NCBI GenBank assembly: GCA_964651295.1
Contig: CAZYYV010000001.1
Span: forward strand, 1 to 63,409
DNA length: 63,409 nt
Direction of reading: 5' to 3'
Source of the DNA: an uncultured Bacteroides sp.
GTDB lineage: Bacteria > Bacteroidota > Bacteroidia > Bacteroidales > Muribaculaceae
Shown: in pieces, positions 8,756 through 17,565 of the stretch
Layout of the letters: each line of letters starts with the position of its first letter
Position numbering within the stretch: position 1 is the first letter of the stretch
Notes under the pieces: generated by a model
Told to the model about the DNA's origin: nothing
Databases searched by the model: none
What the model saw: the letters and a program-made list of their open reading frames with translations, nothing else
Made by a program: the position numbers and the translations under genes

Positions 8756-9876
8756 AACACTTATCGTTTGTACTATTGTTTTGTGTCTCGGCCTTTGCCC
8801 TCTGTGCTCAGACTCAAGTTGGTTATGTAAAGACTAAGGGTCGATTGACTTCCGATGGAGAAGTTGTTTCTGGTAAACGAATTGGTGGTGCGACTATACA
8901 GGTGAAGGACCGATCGGCAGTCGTGAGCTCTGTGAATGGCGATTTTTCGTTTCCGCTTGTTACACAGAATTTCTATCTTCAGTCGGTAACGAAAAATGGC
9001 TATGTAGTGGTCGACAGAGACATCCTTTCAAAGCAGTATGAGTATTCTGCCAATCCACTTGTCATTGCTCTCGAAAGCGCAAGCGATCAACTTGATGAAC
9101 GACTAGCTGCCGAACGCAAAATTAGACGCACTTTGCAGCGCGATTTGCAGAAAAAGGAGGCTGAAATCGAATCTCTTAAAGAACAGAATCGAATTACTGC
9201 CGATGAGTTTCGTCACCGTCTCCAAGATATTTACGAGCAGCAAGAGAAAGATGAAAAGCTAATCGCAGAAATGGCTAAGAGATATGCTAAAACCGATTAT
9301 GACCAAATTGATGAGTATAATCGTCAACTAAACGAATATATCCTTAATGGCGAACTCTCGAAAGCTGACTCGCTTATCAATACTAAAGGCGATATTCACG
9401 CTGATGTATCAGAATTACGCCGACTAGAAGCTGCGATGGCTAAAGAGGCGTCGGATATTGCTCAAGCGAGAACGATGGTTGATAAGAGCGTTGGATATGA
9501 ACAATTTATGATGAATAAAACTGCTCAAGAGTGTTATGCGAGATTTGAGGTATATAAGGCGAAGAATCAGATGGATTCCGCAGCTTTTTATATAGGTCTT
9601 CGTGCGGCTCTTGATACGGTGAACGTCGATTGGCAATGTGATGCCGCCGACTTCTATCGGACTGTCGATGATTACTCCCAAGCGATCGATTGCTTTAGTC
9701 GTGCGTTGCGCATCGCCGAACGTGAATATGGCACTGAGTCGGTTGAACTTAAATTGGCTGTTCGAAAATTAAACGATTGTTATCTTGGTATAATCGACTC
9801 TAAAGATGTGGCAGATGACATCCGTCGTGAGTATAGAGACTTCACTCATAAATATGGCAGATTTATTAAAGAATAG
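8752..9876 (+). CDS. Secreted short TPR protein, paralogue of 5546..8755
   Basis: Signal peptide ending ALCA|QTQ; 196-aa N-terminal module colinear with the upstream gene; ATGA overlap. Confidence 0.9.
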   Translation: MKHLSFVLLFCVSAFALCAQTQVGYVKTKGRLTSDGEVVSGKRIGGATIQVKDRSAVVSSVNGDFSFPLVTQNFYLQSVTKNGYVVVDRDILSKQYEYSANPLVIALESASDQLDERLAAERKIRRTLQRDLQKKEAEIESLKEQNRITADEFRHRLQDIYEQQEKDEKLIAEMAKRYAKTDYDQIDEYNRQLNEYILNGELSKADSLINTKGDIHADVSELRRLEAAMAKEASDIAQARTMVDKSVGYEQFMMNKTAQECYARFEVYKAKNQMDSAAFYIGLRAALDTVNVDWQCDAADFYRTVDDYSQAIDCFSRALRIAEREYGTESVELKLAVRKLNDCYLGIIDSKDVADDIRREYRDFTHKYGRFIKE

Positions 9877-9964
9877 AGTTTTGAACGCTTTGAGCTCAAT
9901 CATTTCACTTGCATTTTACGCCAAGAATAGTTAATTTTGCAGAAAAATAGACGCAACAACAAAT

Positions 9965-11323
9965 ATGGCACAGAAACCTTCTACCCCTAAGGGTACGCGC
10001 GACTTTACTCCCATTGAGATGGCGCGCCGAAATTATATATTTGGTACTATCAGCGAAGTATTCCGTCTTTTTGGATTCCGCCAGATCGAAACTCCTGCAA
10101 TGGAGAACCTTTCTACCCTTATGGGTAAATATGGCGAGGAGGGTGATAAACTCCTCTTTAAAATCTTAAACTCAGGCGATTTCCTTAAGGGCGTTGACCA
10201 TACTCTCATCGAATCCGGCGACACAACTCGTTTGGCTGCTAAATTGTGTGATCGCGGTCTTCGCTACGACCTTACCGTCCCCTTTGCCCGTTTTGTTGTT
10301 CAGCATCGCGACGAGTTGCAATTCCCCTTCAAGCGCTATCAGATTCAACCCGTATGGCGTGCCGACCGTCCTCAAAAAGGTCGTTATCGCGAGTTCTATC
10401 AGTGTGATGCCGACGTTGTTGGTTCTGATTCGTTGATGAATGAAATCGAACTTCTCCAGATGGAGGATATGGTGTTCGATCGTCTTGGTATTCGCGTAGC
10501 AATCAAACTTAATAACCGTAAAATTCTCGCCGGTATCGCAGAACTAATCGGAGAACCCGATAAACTCATCGATATCACCGTTGCGATTGACAAAATCGAT
10601 AAGATTGGTCTTGAAAAGGTTAACGAAGAACTTGCCGAACGTGGACTTTCTGCGGATGCAATTACAGCACTCCGTCCTATCCTCGAAATTGATGGTACTA
10701 TCGAAGAACGCATAGAGAAACTTGCAACTCTTCTTGCTCCGACTGAAATCGGTTCGAAGGGCGTAGAAGAACTCCGTACAGTTGTTGAAGGAACTCTTGC
10801 TCTTGGTTTGAAAGCGCGTCTCGATATTGATGTGTCGCTCGCTCGTGGTCTTAATTACTACACTGGCACAATCATCGAAGTTAAAGCTCTCGATGCCGAA
10901 ATCGGTAGCATTTCGGGTGGCGGTCGCTATGATAACCTTACCGGTGTATTCGGTCTCGATGGTATTTCAGGTGTTGGTATATCATTTGGTGCCGACCGTA
11001 TCTACGACGTTCTCTTGGCTCTTAACCTTTTCCCCGAAAGTGCAGTATCGGCTACTCGAGTTCTCTTTGCAAACTTTGGAACCGCAGAGGCTGCAGCATC
11101 GCTTCGCTTGATTAAAGAACTTCGTCTTGCCGGTATTTCGGCAGAGTTATATCCCGACTCATCGAAGATGAAGAAGCAAATTAGCTATGCTAATGCTATT
11201 GGAGTTCCCTATTTTGCCATTATTGGTGAAAGCGAACTTGCCGAAGGAAAAGTTACCCTCAAAAATATGACAGAAGGCACACAAAGTACCGTAGCGATGT
11301 CGGAGCTTGCTTCGCATCTTTAA
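9965..11323 (+). CDS. hisS: Histidine--tRNA ligase
   Basis: [44 protein letters not shown]; TAATTTTG promoter box at 9932-9939. Confidence 0.98.
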   Translation: MAQKPSTPKGTRDFTPIEMARRNYIFGTISEVFRLFGFRQIETPAMENLSTLMGKYGEEGDKLLFKILNSGDFLKGVDHTLIESGDTTRLAAKLCDRGLRYDLTVPFARFVVQHRDELQFPFKRYQIQPVWRADRPQKGRYREFYQCDADVVGSDSLMNEIELLQMEDMVFDRLGIRVAIKLNNRKILAGIAELIGEPDKLIDITVAIDKIDKIGLEKVNEELAERGLSADAITALRPILEIDGTIEERIEKLATLLAPTEIGSKGVEELRTVVEGTLALGLKARLDIDVSLARGLNYYTGTIIEVKALDAEIGSISGGGRYDNLTGVFGLDGISGVGISFGADRIYDVLLALNLFPESAVSATRVLFANFGTAEAAASLRLIKELRLAGISAELYPDSSKMKKQISYANAIGVPYFAIIGESELAEGKVTLKNMTEGTQSTVAMSELASHL

Positions 11324-11363
11324 ACTCTCGAAAAATATATCCCATAATGGGTTAAATTTGTCC

Positions 11364-11402
11364 GATTGCCACAAAAATCATCTGTTTTTGTGGCAATCTT
11401 TT
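11364..11402 (+). terminator. Intrinsic terminator after hisS
   Basis: gattgccacaaaaa...tttttgtggcaatc followed by tttt. Confidence 0.8.
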
Positions 11403-11457
11403 CTGTGGGTATTGAATATTTGCGATAGAATTAGTATTTTTGCTTAAATTTTAGCGA

Positions 11458-12099
11458 ATGGAGCAGTTGTTATACATATTGCCGCGTGGCTTAGCGATAG
11501 GCTTGCTAGTATCAGCACCGATGGGTCCCATCGGCATGTTGGTCATTCAGCGTACCCTTGGCAAAGGCCGATGGCCCGGATTCTTTTCAGGAGTTGGCGC
11601 CGCGATGAGTGATTTGTTCTACTGTCTTCTTACCGGGTTTTGCTTAAGTTTTATTACAGATTTCCTTGATGCCCATCAGTTAGTGATACAGTTGTTGGGC
11701 AGTGTAGTGATTGCCGGTTTTGCTGTATACCTACTTCGAAAGAATCCGACTCGCTCGTTGCGCACCGCTGAAGTTAAAGCTACGAATTATTGGAGCGATT
11801 TCGTAACAGGCTTTTTGTTGACAGTCTCTAATCCTCTGATACTCTTCTTTATCGTCGGTCTCTTTGCTCGTTTTAATTTTATTCAACCTGAATATACATT
11901 CTATCACCATATAGTAGCGTATGTTACGATTTTTCTTGGCGCATTATGTTGGTGGTGGGGTATAACGAGTCTAGTCAATCGGTTGGGCAAACGCATCAAT
12001 GTGCGCTCGCTCAAGCTTATCAATCGTATCATAGGACTACTATTGATGGCAATGGCTGTTTTTGGACTAGTCATGGCTCTTCAGGATATTTTTAAATAG
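11458..12099 (+). CDS. LysE-family exporter
   Basis: GLLVSAPMGPIG, GFLLTVSNP, about 6 TM helices. Confidence 0.9.
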   Translation: MEQLLYILPRGLAIGLLVSAPMGPIGMLVIQRTLGKGRWPGFFSGVGAAMSDLFYCLLTGFCLSFITDFLDAHQLVIQLLGSVVIAGFAVYLLRKNPTRSLRTAEVKATNYWSDFVTGFLLTVSNPLILFFIVGLFARFNFIQPEYTFYHHIVAYVTIFLGALCWWWGITSLVNRLGKRINVRSLKLINRIIGLLLMAMAVFGLVMALQDIFK

Positions 12100-12103
12100 G
12101 ATT

Positions 12104-12754
12104 ATGGAAGCAAAGACACTTCGTATACCGCGAATCGATAGTCTTGATTCGCTCTCGGATTCATCTGATATTCGAGCTACTCTAGATAAAAGAGGCGCAC
12201 ATACGCTTGTGGACGTTGTTAATTGGGTTCAGTATCCGGCAAAACCGCAAACCATGCTTCGTGCTGCGTATTCTTCGACCGGGTTGTATCTAGATTTCGA
12301 AGTTGAGAACGACTATGTAGGAGCCGAGAATACGGAAAATCAGTCGCCGGTAAGCAAGGACGAATGTGTTGAAGCTTTTTTACAGCCACAGATAGATGGT
12401 GAGTATTGGAATTTCGAGTTCAATTGCATTGGTGCTATCAACGCCTCGCATCGTCTTGTTCGCCCCGAACCCGTTCGCCTTACAACCGATGAGTTGGCCC
12501 TCGTACGCCGAGATTCCACTTTGGGTGCAGAGCCATTCGCAGAACGACGAGGCGATTTTCGTTGGCGTCTCCTAATTGTGATTCCGTGGTCGCTGATGGC
12601 GGTTACTCCCGAAGCCGACACTGCTATTAGAGGAAACTTCTACAAGTGTGCATCGGCTTCGCAGCGTCCTCACTATCTAAGTTGGAATCCGATAGAAACA
12701 GAAAAACCGGACTATCATCGTCCCGAGTTCTTCGGCACACTTATTCTCGATTAA
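12104..12754 (+). CDS. Carbohydrate-binding family 9-like (DOMON-like) protein
   Basis: DECVEAF, YWNFEFNCIG, GNFYKC, PHYLSWNPI, PDYHRPEFFG. Confidence 0.85.
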   Translation: MEAKTLRIPRIDSLDSLSDSSDIRATLDKRGAHTLVDVVNWVQYPAKPQTMLRAAYSSTGLYLDFEVENDYVGAENTENQSPVSKDECVEAFLQPQIDGEYWNFEFNCIGAINASHRLVRPEPVRLTTDELALVRRDSTLGAEPFAERRGDFRWRLLIVIPWSLMAVTPEADTAIRGNFYKCASASQRPHYLSWNPIETEKPDYHRPEFFGTLILD

Positions 12755-12756
12755 TT

Positions 12757-14283
12757 ATGAAGCAAGTCGGAGCATTACTTGCTGCCGTTGCGATGAGTAT
12801 TCTTCCTGTTACGGCAGAAGTTGATATCGAATATCGTACATCGGTATCTGCTAATATCTCGTCTGGTAGATTGGCTCCATATATGATAGGTTCGTGGAAT
12901 TACGGACGTATAGATGGAGCTTCTGGTATTTGGCACGCAGGAGGTCTCTTCAAATCAATCGACTTTGGTCGACGTCTTGATTGGGGCGCAGGAGTGGAGT
13001 ATATTGTAGGGTATGGATCGGCAGCTAACTATGATTTGTATCAAGCAGAGACCGCTTCGTGGACCACGCAGTCGAATCGACAAGCTCCATTTCGACTTCA
13101 ACAACTGTACGGAGAATTGAAGTATCGTAGCGTATTCCTTCTTGCCGGAATGAAAGAACGTCCGTCTGCTGGTATCGTTGATGATTCGATGTCGTCGGGA
13201 GATTTAACTCGAAGTAATAATGCTCGTCCGATACCTATGATTTCAGCCGGATTCAATGATTTTGTAGACATCCCATTTACCAATGGATGGGTGCAAATCG
13301 ATGGAGAAATCGGTTATGGCAAGTTCTTTGATAAAGGATATCGCGAAGAGACGTTCAACTACTATTCAGGAGTATTCGATTATAATAGCTACTATACTTA
13401 CAAACGCTGTCATTTTCGCTCAAATCCTGATAAGCCGCTGATAATTACTTTTGGTATGCAGACTGCGGGTGAGTTTGGCGGCGTTGGTCGCATATATACT
13501 CAAGGTCGAGTTACCGCTGAAGAGAATCGGCCTTTCAAGTTAGGCGATATATTTGAAATGTTTTTTCCACAAGAGGGAAGTGGAGAAGGCTATTATAAAG
13601 GCAATTCACTCGGCTCGTGGGACCTCAAAGCTCAATATCGATTTATCGACGGCTCTACTCTTGCTGCTTACTTCGAAGGACCTTGGGAAGATGGTTCAGG
13701 CATCGGTCGTAAAAATGGTTGGGACGGCCTTTGGGGCGTGCAGTATAATTTTGCCAAACGCGGACCGGTAAATAAAGTGGTGGTTGAATATTTCGACTTT
13801 ACCAATCAATCCGGACCAATCCATTGGGCACCCTCCGATAACTTAGGTACGACTATTGACTTTAATTGTACCGGAGGCGATAACTACTATAATAATGATT
13901 TCTATGGTCCGTACTCCAACTACGGATTGAGTATTGGTTCTCCTTTTGTCGTGTCGCCTCTCTATAACGAGAATGGCTCGCCAAGCTATAACCACAATCG
14001 AGCTCGTGGTGTTCATGCAGCCGTTTCAGGCGACCTTACGCCGGAGTGGTCATACGTGGTGAAGGCAAGCTATCAAGAAGCTGGTGGCTCAGGGCGGAAT
14101 CCGGCTCCTGAAATAATCCATAATACGTCAGCAATGACCCAAGTATCGTGGACTCCCGGCATTATTCCCGGCTTGCAAGTGAAAGCGATGTTGGCATTCG
14201 ATGCCGGCAAACTCCGAGGGGATAATGTAGGCGGAATGGTGTCGATTTCGTATTCCGGAAACTTTAATATTGGTAAGAAATGA
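12757..14283 (+). CDS. Capsule assembly Wzi-family outer-membrane beta-barrel
   Basis: Signal peptide at ATG 12757; SSGDLTRSNNARPIP, GNSLGSWD, GGDNYYNN motifs. Confidence 0.8.
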   Translation: MKQVGALLAAVAMSILPVTAEVDIEYRTSVSANISSGRLAPYMIGSWNYGRIDGASGIWHAGGLFKSIDFGRRLDWGAGVEYIVGYGSAANYDLYQAETASWTTQSNRQAPFRLQQLYGELKYRSVFLLAGMKERPSAGIVDDSMSSGDLTRSNNARPIPMISAGFNDFVDIPFTNGWVQIDGEIGYGKFFDKGYREETFNYYSGVFDYNSYYTYKRCHFRSNPDKPLIITFGMQTAGEFGGVGRIYTQGRVTAEENRPFKLGDIFEMFFPQEGSGEGYYKGNSLGSWDLKAQYRFIDGSTLAAYFEGPWEDGSGIGRKNGWDGLWGVQYNFAKRGPVNKVVVEYFDFTNQSGPIHWAPSDNLGTTIDFNCTGGDNYYNNDFYGPYSNYGLSIGSPFVVSPLYNENGSPSYNHNRARGVHAAVSGDLTPEWSYVVKASYQEAGGSGRNPAPEIIHNTSAMTQVSWTPGIIPGLQVKAMLAFDAGKLRGDNVGGMVSISYSGNFNIGKK

Positions 14284-14732
14284 AAACATCTCGACTATCC
14301 ATATTGGCTTCGTTGCTACTTGCCATCGTATCGTTGACCGGATGTACGCAGAATAACGGGCATATTGGCAAACTTTTCGGCTCGTGGGCGCTTGTTGAGA
14401 TGACATGCGACAATGAGACTATGGCAGTACCTACGGGTTCAATGAGTTTTCAGAGTTCGATGGTATGTTTCACGTTGCGACATGATGCCGATTACAGAAC
14501 GATAAATGTAGGTACTTGGCAGCAAATTGATGATTTTCTGATCTTCGATTTCAGTCATCACTCCGACGGAACTGCATCGGGAGTGGGCGTCTATGCACCG
14601 CCTTCGTGGATGCACCTCGAAGGCATAACAATACAAACAGATTTGGTAGAACTTTCGGGTAAACGTCTCGAATTACTATGGGTTGACCAAGAAGGACATA
14701 TATACAGCTATAAGTTCGACCGTACATGGTAA
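14280..14732 (+). CDS. Lipocalin-like lipoprotein
   Basis: Lipobox LTGC; GxW motif (LFGSW); C-terminal YKFDRTW. Confidence 0.8.
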   Translation: MKTSRLSILASLLLAIVSLTGCTQNNGHIGKLFGSWALVEMTCDNETMAVPTGSMSFQSSMVCFTLRHDADYRTINVGTWQQIDDFLIFDFSHHSDGTASGVGVYAPPSWMHLEGITIQTDLVELSGKRLELLWVDQEGHIYSYKFDRTW

Positions 14733-14742
14733 ATCATATAAC

Positions 14743-15060
14743 AAACTCGCATTAGTCATCGGTGCCGACGCTTTTATCGGATAACTTCACACCGAGTCCC
14801 TTCTTGATAAGGGTTATCCTATATATCTATAATGCGTTTGTCCCCTTGTTAGTGCTAGTCCGTTCAATACCTACGGTCCGCGTCATGGTGTTATCATAAT
14901 TATTGTTGCAGCGCGCCATAAACAAGCCGGAGAAGTTTTTACCGAAGAAAATATAACAGTCAAACGTCCAGATAATGGTATCTCTCTGATGCTATGGATT
15001 TCACTCCTTGGCAAAGTAGCAAGTCGCACTTTGGGTGCGGATGAGTTAATCGAGCTTTAA
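14743..15060 (+). pseudogene. Fused remnant of a LegB-like NDP-sugar dehydratase and the NeuB/LegI C-terminal SAF domain
   Basis: One frame reads KLALVIGADAFIG*LHTESLLDKGY...PFNTYGPR...IVAARHKQAGEVFTEENITVKRPDNGISLMLWISLLGKVASRTLGADELIEL*. Confidence 0.8.
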
Positions 15061-15114
15061 TTAAGCAAGTCTAAGTATTTGTCTCTTGTTTGAAAATTTT
15101 GGTTGATATAAGGC

Positions 15115-15153
15115 AAAAAATAAGCGAGGTAGGCTGTGTGGCTTACCTCGCTT
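15115..15153 (-). terminator. Intrinsic terminator of the nagB-like gene
   Basis: aagcgaggtaggc/gcttacctcgctt stem with an A-run (U-tail on the minus strand). Confidence 0.75.
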
Positions 15154-15173
15154 TATTGAGTGGTGTCTAAATA

Positions 15174-17150
15174 TTAGAGGGGTTTGTATTCAACGAAAGC
15201 TTCGATTGCTTCGTAAGAAGCGAGGCCGAGGTTTTCGTAGAGCTGAGCGGTAGCGCGGTTACGTTCTTCAGCACGCTGCCAGAAGAGACGGTCGTCATCG
15301 CCAAGGAAGGGCGCATTTTCCATCTGGCTCTGGTGTTTGAGGATAGAATTGCGTTTAGAACGGAGTTCTTCGGGGCTAATGGGTACAGCCATTTCGATGT
15401 GGTCGATTTCCCATTCAGCCCAAGCGCCGCGATACATCCAGATGCGGCAGTCTTTGAGCCATTCTTCGCCTTTGAGTTCGTCGATAGCGGCGAGTACAGC
15501 ATCGGTACAAACTTTGTGAGTGCCGTGGGGGTCTGCGAGGTCGCCTGCAACGAAAATCTGGTGAGGTTTCACGTCCTGAAGAAGAGCTTTAACGATGTCA
15601 ACGTCGCGCTGTTCGAGGTCGCCTTTCTTGATAGCACCAGTTTCGTAGAAGGGGAGGCGGAGGAAGTGGATGTTGCCGGGTTTTACGCCGATGTAGTTGC
15701 AAGCGATGGTAGCTTCAGCCTGGCGAATCATAGTTTTGATTTCGCGGATTTCAGCGCTATCCATATCACCTGCCTTTTTAGCAGCAACGAATTCGGTAAC
15801 GCTCTTCGAGAGGTTTTCGTAACCACCCTCTTTGAATCCAAAGAGGGGAGCGATTTTGTCCATCATCAAGAAGTAGCGCATCATGTCTTCGTCGCCAACA
15901 GCGATGTTGCCGGATGTTTCGTATGCTACGTGTACATCGTGCTTCTGGTCAACGAGGCGCTTGAAAGTACCGCCCATTGAGATAACGTCGTCATCGGGGT
16001 GGGGAGAGAAAACGATAACGCGTTTGGGATATGGATTAGCACGTTCGGGACGGTAAGTGTCGTCGGCGTTGGGTTTGCCGCCGGGCCAACCGGTGATAGT
16101 GTGCTGGAGTTCGTTGAATACTTTGATGTTAACGTTGTAAGCCGAACCGAAGAGCGCGAGGAGTTCGCCGAGGCCCCAATCGTTGTAGTCTTTGTCAGTG
16201 AGTTTGAGGATGGGCTTGCCGGTCATGTTGCAAAGCCAAACAATAGCACGACGGATGAGTTTATCGTTCCATTCGCAGTTTGTTACCTTCCAGGGGTGAG
16301 AGATGCGAGTGAGTTCTTCTGCACCGGCGAGGTCGGTAACCACTTTAACGTGGGGATGACCTTGGAGGTTAGAAGCGGGAACAGAAGTGTTTGCAGCTTC
16401 TTCAACTGCTCGGCGGATTATACCGGCGTTGTTTTCGCCCCAAGCCATAGCGAGGACACGGCGAGCGCTGGTGATGTTAGCGAGACCGAGAGTGATGGCA
16501 GTGGTAGGAACTTCGTCGCAAGAGTATTCTTTGCCGATAGTGTGACGGCTTTCATTGCCGAGGAGAACGAGACGGCAGTAGCTAGAAGCCTGGCTACCGG
16601 GCTCGTTGAAAGCGATAGAACCGTTAGCCGCGATTTCACAGAGTGCTACGTCGATACCGCCTTCGTCAGCAATAGCTTGTTCGTAAGCTTGGCAGTATTC
16701 GTACATTTTTTCCTTTGTAGTAGCGGGGTTGATTGTACGAATGTTTTCGGGGCGGATGTTAACGTGGTTGAGGAATACTTCCTGAAGGCGAGCGATGGTC
16801 GAAGGACCTTCGGGGTTCAAGGGGAAGAATTCAGAGATGTTGAATACGATTACCTTGTCGAAGTCAACTTCTCCTTGTTTATATAGGTTTATAAGACTAG
16901 CGTAAACGCGGTGAGTCGAAGTTCCGGCTCCAAGGCCAAGTACGCATTTACCGTTAAGCGCAACGTAGCGTTTGATGTAGCGCACGATTTCAGAAGCGAG
17001 GAAATCAGCGCCGTCGGTAGCAGTTTCAAAAACGCGAGTGTCGATTTTTTCTTCGCGGCGAATCGCTGCGAGCTCGATTTCGCTGTCAGGATTGTAATAC
17101 CTGCGGGGGATTGTTACCAGTTTAATCTGGCTGCTTAAATCTTTTCTCAT
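15174..17150 (-). CDS. Glucosamine-6-phosphate deaminase-like domain fused to a PIG-L deacetylase domain
   Basis: N-terminal NagB fold (IAFNEPGS, AITLG); C-terminal SPHPDDD and DPHGTH metal ligands; strong codon bias. Confidence 0.92.
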   Translation of the reverse strand: MRKDLSSQIKLVTIPRRYYNPDSEIELAAIRREEKIDTRVFETATDGADFLASEIVRYIKRYVALNGKCVLGLGAGTSTHRVYASLINLYKQGEVDFDKVIVFNISEFFPLNPEGPSTIARLQEVFLNHVNIRPENIRTINPATTKEKMYEYCQAYEQAIADEGGIDVALCEIAANGSIAFNEPGSQASSYCRLVLLGNESRHTIGKEYSCDEVPTTAITLGLANITSARRVLAMAWGENNAGIIRRAVEEAANTSVPASNLQGHPHVKVVTDLAGAEELTRISHPWKVTNCEWNDKLIRRAIVWLCNMTGKPILKLTDKDYNDWGLGELLALFGSAYNVNIKVFNELQHTITGWPGGKPNADDTYRPERANPYPKRVIVFSPHPDDDVISMGGTFKRLVDQKHDVHVAYETSGNIAVGDEDMMRYFLMMDKIAPLFGFKEGGYENLSKSVTEFVAAKKAGDMDSAEIREIKTMIRQAEATIACNYIGVKPGNIHFLRLPFYETGAIKKGDLEQRDVDIVKALLQDVKPHQIFVAGDLADPHGTHKVCTDAVLAAIDELKGEEWLKDCRIWMYRGAWAEWEIDHIEMAVPISPEELRSKRNSILKHQSQMENAPFLGDDDRLFWQRAEERNRATAQLYENLGLASYEAIEAFVEYKPL

Positions 17151-17417
17151 TGAATAGTCGTCCTATTTATGATGGTATCGAGTTGGTTAATTGTCGTATT
17201 AATAACGCGGAGGAATAGGTGGATTCATTCGCACCACAAAATTAAACACTTTTTTGTGATTAGTAATCTTTTTTCGTGAAAAAATTTGTTTGAAATCGTT
17301 ACTTTATCTAACTTTCGCGGTTAATAATGTTTAAATCCGGCATTAATCGTTTTTGAGGCATTTATAACTGTCGCTTTTTACGAATTGTTGCCTCTAGAGT
17401 TGCGTAGAGAGATTTTT

Positions 17418-17509
17418 TTGTCAATTCAACAAAAAGTTGCTCGAACAACAAAAAACAATTTTTTTTGCTGTTTTGGCAATTTCTAAGTAGGTCGGGTTTC
17501 CTAATTTTG
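17418..17509 (+). promoter_or_regulatory. Operator + promoter, copy 1 (upstream of the amidase)
   Basis: 55-bp block 47/55 identical to 18836-18890; TAATTTTG box starts 84 nt after the block start. Confidence 0.75.
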
Positions 17510-17565
17510 CGATGTCCCGATGAAGGGAGGTGTGATTTATATTTACTAACCATTATAACAATAGC

